DNA of 64,000 nucleotides from an uncultured virus (IMG/VR IMGVR_UViG_3300030102_007457) (Duplodnaviria > Heunggongvirae > Uroviricota > Caudoviricetes): the IMG/VR virus record IMGVR_UViG_3300030102_007457. One strand, given 5' to 3'. Below the pieces are notes generated by a model that worked only from the letters and a program-made list of their open reading frames with translations, ran no database searches and was not told the origin of the DNA. The first letter of the stretch is position 1, and every line of letters starts with the position of its first letter. Of this stretch, positions 9,554-19,317 are shown piece after piece. Both the position numbers and the translations under genes were made by a program.

Positions 9554-9895
9554 ATGAGCGAGGAAGAGAACACCACCGAGCGACTCATGAGTGCTCTCAT
9601 CTCCAAGATGGAGTCTATGGACAGCGACATAAGGTCTGTTCGCAATGAGAATGTCCAACTTCGCAAGATGGTGGAGAATCCAGCAGCCCTTCTCAAGAGA
9701 GCCGGGTATGTCCGCACTAACACACCGCTCTCCATAGACATGCTGGATGACCCGTTCAGAAACGATGAGACAGTCCTCAAGTCAGAGAGCAATGCAAAAT
9801 TAGACTCCTTCACCAATGAAGAGGTGCATGAGATGTCATGGGAAGAGATACACGAGATGGCCGCTCAACACAAAGAAGTAAGGGAGTTGTACTGA
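9554..9895 (+). CDS. Hypothetical coiled-coil protein, scaffold-like
   Basis: AGGTG RBS. Its C-terminus EMSWEEIHEMA resembles the protease/scaffold C-terminus SMSWDEVHNLA. Confidence 0.8.
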   Translation: MSEEENTTERLMSALISKMESMDSDIRSVRNENVQLRKMVENPAALLKRAGYVRTNTPLSIDMLDDPFRNDETVLKSESNAKLDSFTNEEVHEMSWEEIHEMAAQHKEVRELY

Positions 9896-9897
9896 AA

Positions 9898-10521
9898 ATG
9901 AGACCTATACCAAGCCCAGCCTCCAAAGAGGCATACGAAATGCTAGAGAAAGCACAATCCCTCCTCGAGAAGGCCATGAAAACATGCCCTTCATGCGGTG
10001 GTAAGATGGAGAAGGGGTCCTGTGTCAAGTCCCAGTGTGTGTCCAAGGCAGAGGGTAAGTGCCCTAGTTGCGGCGGCAAGTTGGACAAAGCCGGTGCCTG
10101 CATGATGAAGAGTAGTTGTAATTCTATGGCAAAGTACGGTACGATGGAGAAGGCCAGCATGGCTGAGAAGGACAAGTACTGCATGAAGAGATTCGGCAAG
10201 AAGTACTCAGAGTGCTCTGATAAGCAGAAAGCAGAATGTGACGAGGCTCACGGTAAGGTAGAGAAAGGGGAGCAGCACAGGATACAGACATTCGGCACCA
10301 CGCCTGATGTCTCTACATTCCACATCGAGACAGGTGGTAACACCTACCACCAGCAGTACAACACCAACAACACACTACTGGAATCGGAAGCCGTCACCAA
10401 CAAGGGCGCCACTAGCCAGAGTTACAACTTAGAGGCTCTCGGTGCGAAGACCAACACACACGACAGAGCAGTAGAGACTCACGAGATAGATACCGGGATG
10501 TCTGGTAGAACCAGCGTCTGA
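9898..10521 (+). CDS. Cys-rich protein with two CPSCGGK repeats
   Basis: ATG at 9898 follows GGGAG. Repeated CPSCGGK(M/L)xK motifs and many xEK|[A/G] motifs. Confidence 0.75.
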   Translation: MRPIPSPASKEAYEMLEKAQSLLEKAMKTCPSCGGKMEKGSCVKSQCVSKAEGKCPSCGGKLDKAGACMMKSSCNSMAKYGTMEKASMAEKDKYCMKRFGKKYSECSDKQKAECDEAHGKVEKGEQHRIQTFGTTPDVSTFHIETGGNTYHQQYNTNNTLLESEAVTNKGATSQSYNLEALGAKTNTHDRAVETHEIDTGMSGRTSV

Positions 10522-10531
10522 GGTGTTCTAG

Positions 10532-10672
10532 ATGTCTTTCGTCCGTGTTATCAGGAAAGCCAGAATGGCCCCCTGTGCAGCATGCGGAGTCAACCCCATG
10601 GAGGGTGAGAGAACATGCGGACTCGGTAACCACCCTATCGAGGGGTGCAATGATTACAGGCCGGTGCAATAG
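10532..10672 (+). CDS. 46-aa Cys-rich microprotein (MSFVRVIRKARMAPCAACGVNP...), absent from the ORF track
   Basis: Hand-translated. It has a GAGGTG RBS, fills the gap between genes, and contains CxxC...C...H...C. Confidence 0.65.
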   Translation: MSFVRVIRKARMAPCAACGVNPMEGERTCGLGNHPIEGCNDYRPVQ

Positions 10673-10682
10673 GTGGTAGCGT

Positions 10683-13600
10683 GTGTATGAAGACGCTGCT
10701 GACTTATTTGTGAGAGCACGTGACGCTCTCATCGATTCAGTCAAGGACGACATAGACATAGAGTCCTCGATATCCGACTACATACTGGCCAAGGCCAATC
10801 TGGAGGCGCACGACTTCACGCCCGGACACACTTGGCGTGAGATACTCTGCGACACTCTGGTCAAGAACGAAGAAGATGGCTTCATCCGACCGGGCAAGTT
10901 CGAGGCTGAGATGAGAGCCATAAGGAGGAGGAGGCACAAGGGTCATCTTCCCACGGAACACAATCACTGGTCAGGCAGAGTCATCAACAGCAGGGACAAA
11001 CTCCCCATAGGTGTGACTCACGGCCTGCCAATCGACGTTCGTGCGGACTTCGAGAGATACTACGGCAGAGCGGACGAGCATATCTTCTCATCCCTATTCG
11101 ACCCCCTTGAGAAGAAGTCGATGACGAAGGGCATACCTAGGAAGATTGAACTGCTCGCAAGGAGATTCCTCCCTGACGAGGACGGGAACTCCCGCGCCAA
11201 GCAGGTGAAGGATGCCGAGAGGCTCATCGAGGACTGGATGAAGAAGACCAACAGCCCTCATGTCAGGGAGAACAAGCAGGGTACCTACTCATACCCCTTA
11301 CTCGGTCCACTCGGCGACTCAGCGGACCAGTCCATACTCAGCCACGAGCACGACCTCTACGAGAGGGACTTCAGGAGATGGAGCGAGGAGAATGAGCAGG
11401 GTGAGGACAACAGGGAAATCAGGGAGAAGCACTTCAACGCGAGAGCACGGGACTGGATGGACAAGGACAACAAGGCTACCTTGGAAGCAGGTATGACCGA
11501 GGAGGAGAGAGGGCTTGTTGAATTCTATCCCGATTCACCAGAGGCCAAGGAGATAATGGAGAGGGATAAGTCAATCTCCAACCACCCATCATACCTCAAC
11601 CACCTCTCATTCATGCTGGGCCTAGAGTGGCTCTCGCCGGAGGAGCGCACCAAGGTCATAGAGCACATATCACCCGGCAGTCACGGTAGCGACTCCAAGG
11701 AGCAGCACGTGAAGTTCGACGACGGTACGCGCCTTCCGATGGGTCGCCTCAAGAGGAATATGAGAATGAGAGGGACCAACGCCCTCAGTCATGTCAGGCG
11801 AGGACCGAAGGCAGGGCCCCATAACGTCGCACCGGTGTGGTCGCAGAACCTACCATCCGACCCGCCAGACAAGAGAGCGCTCTTCTCAGCACTGGAATCA
11901 GCCTATGTCGATAAAGAGGGGGAGGTCACCTTCGACAGGAAAGAAGCGGACAGCAAGGGTCACAGCAGACTCATGGATGTGGCGATGAGGAACCTGCATG
12001 AGGCCTTCGGGGTGAACACGGACGACCCGAAGGACGAGGTATTCATGCACCTGCCAAATATAGACTCACGCGGTCTATCCAGATTCAATGAGGATGAGAT
12101 GATGGATGAGATGAAGACTCTGACAGCATCCAAGAAGAAGGGCAACGTCGTTCCCAGAGACAACCTGCTGCACGCTCTGGGCTTCAACTCGAAGGGGGAG
12201 GAGACACCAGTAGGGGAGCATGGGTATCCAGAGCACTCAGGTCCCCTCATCACAAACTCTCAACTGCAGTCCCTGCTCAGGAAGGAGAATGAGAACGTCT
12301 CGTTGAGAGACAGGCAGAGAGAGGTTCAGGACATTCTGTCCATGTTCAGCACCAACGTCGGCTTCAAGGACACTGAAGCCATACCGGAGGAGATTCAGAA
12401 GGCTATGGATATACTCGGTGGGAAGCATCTCGCCCATGACTTCGCCGCACCCTATCTGGAGGGAGGACACGCAATCGACCAGCACATATACGCCACCAAG
12501 TTGCATGACCATCATCAGATGGATAATGAGAGCCTCATCGCCTCAGTCAACCGTCAGAAGGAGAGCATCGTTCCCCAATCAATCAACATGGGCCTATTCG
12601 GACATCTGATTAGACCCGAGGCAGAGGCTCCTCTAGGACCTCATTACATGCAGCACATGTCCAACTTCCTCGGTGGAGACACCGGCAACCACGCTCTCTC
12701 GTCAGTCACCTCATCGGGGATAGCAGCACTCATCCATGGACTAAGACAGTCAGAAGTGAATAGCAAGTTTGGCAGGAAGATGGGCATAGACCAGATGAAT
12801 AACATGTTCGTGGATGCAGCCAACGAGGGTACTAGGAAGAACATACCATACGGCAAGTCGCTCGATATGCTGGCTCCCAAGGAGATAGACAGCGATAAAC
12901 TCGATGTGGGTGAAGATAGCATCTCGCAAACCGACCTATTCGCAGGCGGCGGTTCTGTCAAGAGAGAACAAGAGCCTGTGATACACACCTCCGGTGAGCA
13001 GAATAGGAACAAGATAGAGGCGATGAGGCTGGCCATGCTGCTGAGTTCGAGCGAGCGATTCCCAACCTCGGTGTCTGCCCATGACTTCCCAGACTCCTCC
13101 ATGCTCGACTACAACAAGAGATACGGCAATCTGGATGAGGAGGGAAGGGTGCTCACGGGCCGGAACAGACCAAAGAAGTCCAGACACATCGACCAGTTGA
13201 ACCTGAAGCATCAATACGACATACACTCAATCAACCAAGTCGCCAAGCATCTAGCGACCCTCCTGCCGGAGGAGGCGCTCGACCCCAGCAACCCTTCATT
13301 CGATGCCAACGTGCGAAGGCTGTTCCACGATGCCGAGCGTGCCATCCACATCTTGCCGAGCGAGTACTGGGAGAGTGTGGGAGTGAGGCCCCTGACAGCG
13401 GACTACATGGTGGAGAATCAAACACAGACAGCGGAGCCGGTCTACCCATCACTGAGAGAGCGTCTCACCACCGGCGGAGGGGTGCCAATCACCAGACTCT
13501 CAGACGCATCCGAGATAGCGGAGCAACTCGGCTTTCCCTCCGACGAGGCACATACTAAGCATATCCAATCCTACCTAGACACGATACCCGATGATGATGT

Positions 13601-16283
13601 CCACTTCATACAGTCGAATCACAATCTCATCAAGGAACATGGCGATGTCATGGGTATAGACTCATCCATGTACGACTCGCATCTCGACGACCATCTCAAG
13701 GAGCAGCACGGTCATGGTGCAGGTGCGGGAGACGCTCCCCTTCAGGCGGAGATGAGGAATCTCAAGAGCATGAGAAGCAGAATGGAGAAGAGAGTGAGGG
13801 AAGGCGATGATTCCTTCACTCCCCAGTTGATGCAGATTGAGTCTAGAATCTCAGAAATAGAACCCCTTCTGGAGAGGGAGAAGGAAGTCACGGGATACGA
13901 CGCCCTCCATAGCAGAGCAGCACGGCACCTCGAGGAGAACAGAGCAGACAGGGCGAGCATGGTGCTTGAGAGGCTGGCCAGAAAAGTCGGGGTCGATGTG
14001 GACGCGTCCAACCCCAAGCAGGCACTGGAGTCAATCGGCGACAGTATATCCGAGATGCGCGGCGACTTGGGGTACGGCAGACAACTGCACGGTCACAGCG
14101 AGGCCGTCCAAGGAATCTTCAACAGAGACAGGAAGGAGCAGCATGCAGCCTTCGGCCTCAGCAGGATTCAAGCGCCGGTGGACCCAGATACGAAAAACAC
14201 CTCTTTCATGAGAACCGGTCAGAAGGAATTGTACAGGAGGGGCAAGATGACAAACAAGCACAACCAGACCCTCCACAACCTGCGTGACTTGGTGGTGTAT
14301 GACCCGAGCAATGACACCGGCGCTGACGAGAGCACGAAGTTCGACACCCAGAGAATTTCATTCAACGCCCAACCGGCAATGCCCTTCGGCGCAGGCGGGG
14401 CGAGTATGATGCATTACTTCACAAGCGCTTCTAATAACAAGCAGTTCGGTCACTCTGTGCGTCCCACACACGGCTTCGAGTTCGGAGACACGCCGGAGGT
14501 CGGGACCGAGACATTCGACCAGCGGCTCTCATCAGTTCCCCAGCACATGATATCAGCGGCTCTAGGACCCGATATCGCTGACTCCTATATCAGAAACGGT
14601 ATGGACGGCGTCTACCCGATTCCCGAGTTCGAGCCACCTGCACTCAGAGGTGGAGCCACGGGTGTTCCAATGACTCAGGACCCGAACGTCGGCAAGAGCA
14701 TAGAGGACGCTGGACTGTATGCCACATACCTGCTAAACCCCGACCTCATCGTCAAGGCCGATTCCTCACCGGAGTGGATTCCACCCATCCGCCCCATGCA
14801 TCGTATCTTCAGGCTCAGGGACTTGGATGAACTCAGGGGCTTCACAGGTAGTTGGGTCGTCTCCAAGTGGTACGAAGGCGACAGGATAGTCCTGACCAAG
14901 AAGAAGAACAGGGTGAAGGCGTTCGACGAGGACGGCGGTCAGAGGGCAATACCCGACTGGGCCAAGAGCGGCGTCAAGAATCTCGGCGAGAAGGACTGCA
15001 CCTTGGACGGCATCCTCGGCAAGGACACACTCCATATCATAGACATACTGCACTATGACGGCACCGACATCATGGATATGAACGTCAGAGAGAGGTTCAA
15101 GGTTCTCAGAGGCCAGTACGACAGCCATGAGCAGGTGCTGCTATCAGGCCCCCATGACACCCGCTTTACCGACGAGGAGGGTCTGGAGGATGCAGTCAAG
15201 ACATTGCAGTCCGAGCACAGGACCCTCCTTCTCAGAGACGGCAAGAGCACATACATGCGCGGTGAGAGGAGACATCCCAAGTGGGTGGTGCTGAGACCCA
15301 ACAGGGACATCAACCTCATCGTGCTTGACAGGAGGGGCAATGGCCCCTACACATACAGGCTCGGCGCAGGTCCGCTGCTGGATGGGGACGGTCTCGACGA
15401 CAGAGCGGTCGACCACGACGGCAAGGTGTATCTCGACGCTGGCACGGTATCCAGTCCCAAGCCCTTCGAGGAGGGTGACATAGTACGCGTGAGGTTCTCA
15501 GGCATCAAGAGGGAGAAGAAGGGGGGTCGTGACATATTCACAATCAACCCGTCGAAGTTGGTCGGCGAGGGAGAGGGCGAGTCCAGCGTGTCGATGGAGA
15601 CTCTGTCACTGCTCGCCAAGAGTTTCCCACCAGTCCACCTCGCACACGGTATAGACATAGAGGACAGAGCGATAGTCGTCACCCTCCCCACGGAGAGCCA
15701 AGTCACTTACACACTCGAGAAGAGCAGCCTAGGCCATTGGGTTCACTCACCGACAACTCCGCTCTCGGACATGGGCATGGATACTTACAGCATAGAACTA
15801 TCCGAGAGCCTCAAGCCCTTCTGGGGAGAGGTTGCCAGTATGATGCTGAAGGGTAAGATTGAGCGCCAGAAAGAAACTGAGAGCGAAGTAACCCCATCAG
15901 AGGAGCAGCAGGAGCACCACAGGCGCAAGGTGGAGGGTGAGAGCGCAGGTATAATCAAGCCCGGAGACAAGAACATCCTACTCAAACCCAAGATGAAGAA
16001 GGCGCTGGAGGTCCTCGAGAGGGCTCTCGACGTGCTCGAGAAGGAGCAGATGTTCAACACCACAGGAGCCAAGGGTCTTGGTATCGACTTGGGCGGAGGG
16101 ACACAGAGCCCTAGGGGCCCAACGAGACTGACCTCGGAGATGTCGCTCCCCGACTGGGACATGAAGGAGAGACCAGAGGAGGACCCGGAAGAGGAGTATC
16201 CGAAGGCGAGAGAACTCAGGAGAAGGAAGAAAGGCTCTAAGTCAAGCGATTCTGAACATAAAACTAATCCAGAGCAGGAATAA
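10683..16283 (+). CDS. 1866-aa protein: large unknown N-terminal region plus an ATP-dependent DNA ligase-fold domain (adenylation and OB) with degenerate catalytic motifs
   Basis: PIRPM, WVVSKWYEGDR, LDGIL, IIDILHYDG, ERFKVL, LLLRDGKSTY..GERRHPKWVVLRP and an OB-like region occur in ligase motif order. Confidence 0.85.
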   Translation: MYEDAADLFVRARDALIDSVKDDIDIESSISDYILAKANLEAHDFTPGHTWREILCDTLVKNEEDGFIRPGKFEAEMRAIRRRRHKGHLPTEHNHWSGRVINSRDKLPIGVTHGLPIDVRADFERYYGRADEHIFSSLFDPLEKKSMTKGIPRKIELLARRFLPDEDGNSRAKQVKDAERLIEDWMKKTNSPHVRENKQGTYSYPLLGPLGDSADQSILSHEHDLYERDFRRWSEENEQGEDNREIREKHFNARARDWMDKDNKATLEAGMTEEERGLVEFYPDSPEAKEIMERDKSISNHPSYLNHLSFMLGLEWLSPEERTKVIEHISPGSHGSDSKEQHVKFDDGTRLPMGRLKRNMRMRGTNALSHVRRGPKAGPHNVAPVWSQNLPSDPPDKRALFSALESAYVDKEGEVTFDRKEADSKGHSRLMDVAMRNLHEAFGVNTDDPKDEVFMHLPNIDSRGLSRFNEDEMMDEMKTLTASKKKGNVVPRDNLLHALGFNSKGEETPVGEHGYPEHSGPLITNSQLQSLLRKENENVSLRDRQREVQDILSMFSTNVGFKDTEAIPEEIQKAMDILGGKHLAHDFAAPYLEGGHAIDQHIYATKLHDHHQMDNESLIASVNRQKESIVPQSINMGLFGHLIRPEAEAPLGPHYMQHMSNFLGGDTGNHALSSVTSSGIAALIHGLRQSEVNSKFGRKMGIDQMNNMFVDAANEGTRKNIPYGKSLDMLAPKEIDSDKLDVGEDSISQTDLFAGGGSVKREQEPVIHTSGEQNRNKIEAMRLAMLLSSSERFPTSVSAHDFPDSSMLDYNKRYGNLDEEGRVLTGRNRPKKSRHIDQLNLKHQYDIHSINQVAKHLATLLPEEALDPSNPSFDANVRRLFHDAERAIHILPSEYWESVGVRPLTADYMVENQTQTAEPVYPSLRERLTTGGGVPITRLSDASEIAEQLGFPSDEAHTKHIQSYLDTIPDDDVHFIQSNHNLIKEHGDVMGIDSSMYDSHLDDHLKEQHGHGAGAGDAPLQAEMRNLKSMRSRMEKRVREGDDSFTPQLMQIESRISEIEPLLEREKEVTGYDALHSRAARHLEENRADRASMVLERLARKVGVDVDASNPKQALESIGDSISEMRGDLGYGRQLHGHSEAVQGIFNRDRKEQHAAFGLSRIQAPVDPDTKNTSFMRTGQKELYRRGKMTNKHNQTLHNLRDLVVYDPSNDTGADESTKFDTQRISFNAQPAMPFGAGGASMMHYFTSASNNKQFGHSVRPTHGFEFGDTPEVGTETFDQRLSSVPQHMISAALGPDIADSYIRNGMDGVYPIPEFEPPALRGGATGVPMTQDPNVGKSIEDAGLYATYLLNPDLIVKADSSPEWIPPIRPMHRIFRLRDLDELRGFTGSWVVSKWYEGDRIVLTKKKNRVKAFDEDGGQRAIPDWAKSGVKNLGEKDCTLDGILGKDTLHIIDILHYDGTDIMDMNVRERFKVLRGQYDSHEQVLLSGPHDTRFTDEEGLEDAVKTLQSEHRTLLLRDGKSTYMRGERRHPKWVVLRPNRDINLIVLDRRGNGPYTYRLGAGPLLDGDGLDDRAVDHDGKVYLDAGTVSSPKPFEEGDIVRVRFSGIKREKKGGRDIFTINPSKLVGEGEGESSVSMETLSLLAKSFPPVHLAHGIDIEDRAIVVTLPTESQVTYTLEKSSLGHWVHSPTTPLSDMGMDTYSIELSESLKPFWGEVASMMLKGKIERQKETESEVTPSEEQQEHHRRKVEGESAGIIKPGDKNILLKPKMKKALEVLERALDVLEKEQMFNTTGAKGLGIDLGGGTQSPRGPTRLTSEMSLPDWDMKERPEEDPEEEYPKARELRRRKKGSKSSDSEHKTNPEQE

Positions 16284-16294
16284 TACATTGCCGC

Positions 16295-16304
16295 TTCATA
16301 TATG
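16295..16304 (+). promoter_or_regulatory. Putative TATA box (TTCATATATG) for the protease-capsid operon
   Basis: AT-rich box about 30 nt upstream of the protease start. Confidence 0.5.
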
Positions 16305-16330
16305 TAGTATGACAAGACCAAGTGTGATAT

Positions 16331-17701
16331 GTGTTGTCACAACCACTACGTGCAACAGGGGAGTCAAATCTTCGGTTGCTCAAGGGTGGTGACCTCGTCG
16401 TCGCTGGATATGCCAGCGTCGAAGTGGTAGACAAACAAGGCGACAAAATAACCAAGCAAGCACTCAAAGACGCATTCAAGAAATACATGGAGGACCCGAA
16501 GTTCAGAAACGTGCAACTAGCGCATTCAAACATACAAGTCGGGGAAGTAATACCATCATACACTGATAACGAAGGGAGGTTCTGGAAAAGCGAGGTTGAC
16601 GATGTCGGGATGTTCGTGGTAGTATCACTGCGAGACGACATCGAGAAAGCAAAGGAAGTCGCTGCGGAAATCAGGAAGGGAGCCCTTCGTGGATTCAGCA
16701 TCGGTGGTCAGGCATTCAAAAGAGTGAGGAAGTCGGACCCCGAGCATGGAGACTACCAAGAAATCAGCAAGTTAGAACTACATGAGATTACAATCTGCGA
16801 GCGAGGCATCAATCCAGAAGCGACGTTCAAGATTCTTAAAGAAGATAAAAAACAAAACAAGGTGACAAAAATGACAGAAGACAATGACGTAATGACGCAA
16901 ATGACAGACGTTCTTTCACGTCTAGAAGGTCGTCTAGATGCATTTGAGAAAGGCATGCCTGCTGGACTCAAAGAGCACATGGAAGACAAGAAGGACGACA
17001 AGAAAGAAGAGAAAGATGACAAGAAGAAAACCGAGGACGTTGAAAAGTCCGAAGAGTACTCTGATGTCATCTCCTCAGAATATCTCGATTGGATGGAGAA
17101 CACCCTCAAGTCCGCTGGTGTGGACGTAACAGGTGCTCGAACCCACTTCGACGATGTGGCAAAAGGTAACCTAGGCTCAGACCCCAAAGTTATCGGAGAC
17201 GGTGGTTCCTACTTCGGTGGGCAAGCACCCGGTAGAGAGACTGAAGACGGCAAGCCGGAAGTCCCCAAGGCCGAGTTCGGCGCTGGTGGCAAGGGCAAGA
17301 AGTCCAAAGTCGCAAAATCCGACTACCTGACCCCAGACGCTGTTTCCTCCGCTGACGTGGAAGCCGCATACGAGGTATACAAGGCCGCTATGCTCGAGGC
17401 AGAGTTGAAGAAATCCCTAGAAGGGGAATTCTCATCCCGCTACGAGTCAGAGCGCAGTGCTGAACTCACCAAGGCTGCAGCCCTAGAGTTCGACGCACGC
17501 GGTCCACTTGACGAGATACAGAAGTCCATCGCCTCTCTAGCAGAGCGCGTCGAGGCTATCAGTGCTCCAGCAGAATCCGGTGAGACAATCACCAAGTCCG
17601 CTGCTGTTCCATCCGTAGATGTTCCCTCCACTGCTGACCTAGCGTCAATGTCGTGGGACGAGGTGCACAACCTCGCAACAAAGGCCTTCAGGGGGGCCTG
17701 A
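16331..17701 (+). CDS. HK97-type prohead protease fused to a C-terminal scaffold region
   Basis: VAGYAS, DKQGD, catalytic-His region QLAH, GFSIGG (catalytic Ser), LHEITI and GINPEA, followed by an acidic coiled-coil tail. Confidence 0.9.
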   Translation: MLSQPLRATGESNLRLLKGGDLVVAGYASVEVVDKQGDKITKQALKDAFKKYMEDPKFRNVQLAHSNIQVGEVIPSYTDNEGRFWKSEVDDVGMFVVVSLRDDIEKAKEVAAEIRKGALRGFSIGGQAFKRVRKSDPEHGDYQEISKLELHEITICERGINPEATFKILKEDKKQNKVTKMTEDNDVMTQMTDVLSRLEGRLDAFEKGMPAGLKEHMEDKKDDKKEEKDDKKKTEDVEKSEEYSDVISSEYLDWMENTLKSAGVDVTGARTHFDDVAKGNLGSDPKVIGDGGSYFGGQAPGRETEDGKPEVPKAEFGAGGKGKKSKVAKSDYLTPDAVSSADVEAAYEVYKAAMLEAELKKSLEGEFSSRYESERSAELTKAAALEFDARGPLDEIQKSIASLAERVEAISAPAESGETITKSAAVPSVDVPSTADLASMSWDEVHNLATKAFRGA

Positions 17702-17724
17702 ATAAGCAACAGAGGTGATTATGA

Positions 17725-18855
17725 ATGGCACGAGATTACGTACGAACAATAACAGACATGGAGCGCTACTACTACGGCGCTGGAAACGCAATGGGATACT
17801 CCTACTCAGGCAGTGAACTATTGAAAGCGGATGCACCAATGCTGTCCACGACTGCTGGTACATACCAAGCAATCTACGGGCGCAAGGTCTGGTCGCAGTT
17901 GAACCAAGAGTTCAACGCCTTCAGTATCCTACCAAAGAGGCCTTGGGACAGGTCGGGATGGAGAGTCATCACCGGTAAGCCCAACGGCGGAGCACTCCAC
18001 GGCGGCGTAGCAGAGAACGGCACTCTTCCTGAAACAGTGAAGCCTGTCTTCCAGCACGTTGCTGCAAAGCCCAAGACGATTGCACACACCTTCGACATGT
18101 CGGAGACCGCAATCTTCCTCGCCGACAAGGACGACGGCCTCGGAGACATCCGAGCAGTCATGAAGGAAGAGATGGGTAAGCACCACGCTGAGATGGTCAA
18201 CAAGATGCTCCTCACGGACGTCACGACCACTGCTGGAAACAACTTCGAGTCTCTGGACCGAGTTACGACTGGTAACACGAGCATGGCAGCAGGTCAACAC
18301 TTTACCGCTGGTGAAGAGGACATCTACTCCATCGACAGGAGCGAGAACACATGGTCCTTCGCTGAGGACAACGCTAATGCAACCAGCACTAACAGGACAC
18401 TCAGCCTCGACCATCTTGACACGCTCTTCCAGCAAATCTGGGAGCGCGGTGGAAACCCGAAAGTCATCCTAACCGGATATGACACTCTGATGAGACTACA
18501 GCAACTGCTACAGTCCCAGCAGAGGTTCATGGAGGAGAAGAGAGTGACCCCCACCTACAACGGTGTGAAGGGTGTTCCCGGTATGGAAGCCGGATTCATC
18601 GTTGCCACATACAACGGTGTACCAATCATCCCGACCAAGGACATGCCGAAAGATGGTATCAGCAGGATGTACTTCCTCGACACAGACTACCTATACTTCA
18701 GCACTGCAATACCAACGCAGTACTACGAGAGTGGAATTGAGACAGGCGACCCATTCGCCATCAACAGGCTCGGTCAGGAAGGACTGTACCGAACCATGGG
18801 TGAGATGTGGACTACTTTCTTCGGCGCACAGGGGAGTGTGAGGGACCTCCAGTGA
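17725..18855 (+). CDS. Major capsid protein (HK97 fold, halovirus/magrovirus type)
   Basis: Follows the protease and has a GAGGTGA RBS. Motifs include IYGRKVWSQLN, ILPKRPW, FESLDR, YNGVPII and YFLDTDYL. Confidence 0.9.
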   Translation: MARDYVRTITDMERYYYGAGNAMGYSYSGSELLKADAPMLSTTAGTYQAIYGRKVWSQLNQEFNAFSILPKRPWDRSGWRVITGKPNGGALHGGVAENGTLPETVKPVFQHVAAKPKTIAHTFDMSETAIFLADKDDGLGDIRAVMKEEMGKHHAEMVNKMLLTDVTTTAGNNFESLDRVTTGNTSMAAGQHFTAGEEDIYSIDRSENTWSFAEDNANATSTNRTLSLDHLDTLFQQIWERGGNPKVILTGYDTLMRLQQLLQSQQRFMEEKRVTPTYNGVKGVPGMEAGFIVATYNGVPIIPTKDMPKDGISRMYFLDTDYLYFSTAIPTQYYESGIETGDPFAINRLGQEGLYRTMGEMWTTFFGAQGSVRDLQ

Positions 18856-18893
18856 GGTCTCAGGTAGGAGATAAATAGGTAAGGTGAAGAAAC

Positions 18894-19307
18894 ATGGCAG
18901 AAGAACTAACAATTGACACGACAAACAGCACAGCATCGGCAACCATAGTTGGAGCATGGGAACTCAGAGCGGGTTCACATGACACGACAGAGCATCTAGC
19001 AAGAGGGAGCACATATCCGGGTAACTTGGATGCTTTCAAAGCCCTAAACGGCACTGACAGCGCTTCTGGAGATGCAGCAAACGGATACGACCCAGCACCA
19101 AAGATGGCGCTAATCAGCGTCACTGGCGGGCAAGATGGTGAGACCATTATCCTACAAGGTGGAATCAGCAGCATCCTATCAGTGTTCACAACCGACACTG
19201 GAACATCAGCAGTAGCAGTTGGGGCAAGCGTAAGCAGCCTCACAATCACGCTACAGTACCTAAGTGGGTCAGCAAACACGACCAACGTAATGGTGATGTA
19301 CAACTGA
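18894..19307 (+). CDS. Putative capsid decoration or minor virion protein
   Basis: AGGTGA RBS, beta-rich Thr/Ser/Ala composition, directly after the MCP. Confidence 0.7.
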   Translation: MAEELTIDTTNSTASATIVGAWELRAGSHDTTEHLARGSTYPGNLDAFKALNGTDSASGDAANGYDPAPKMALISVTGGQDGETIILQGGISSILSVFTTDTGTSAVAVGASVSSLTITLQYLSGSANTTNVMVMYN

Positions 19308-19317
19308 GGTGATTGAA

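Noticed and set aside
10683..16283. Calling this gene a functional DNA ligase (lig)
   Set aside because: Catalytic motifs I, III, IV and V are substituted, so the gene symbol is withheld.
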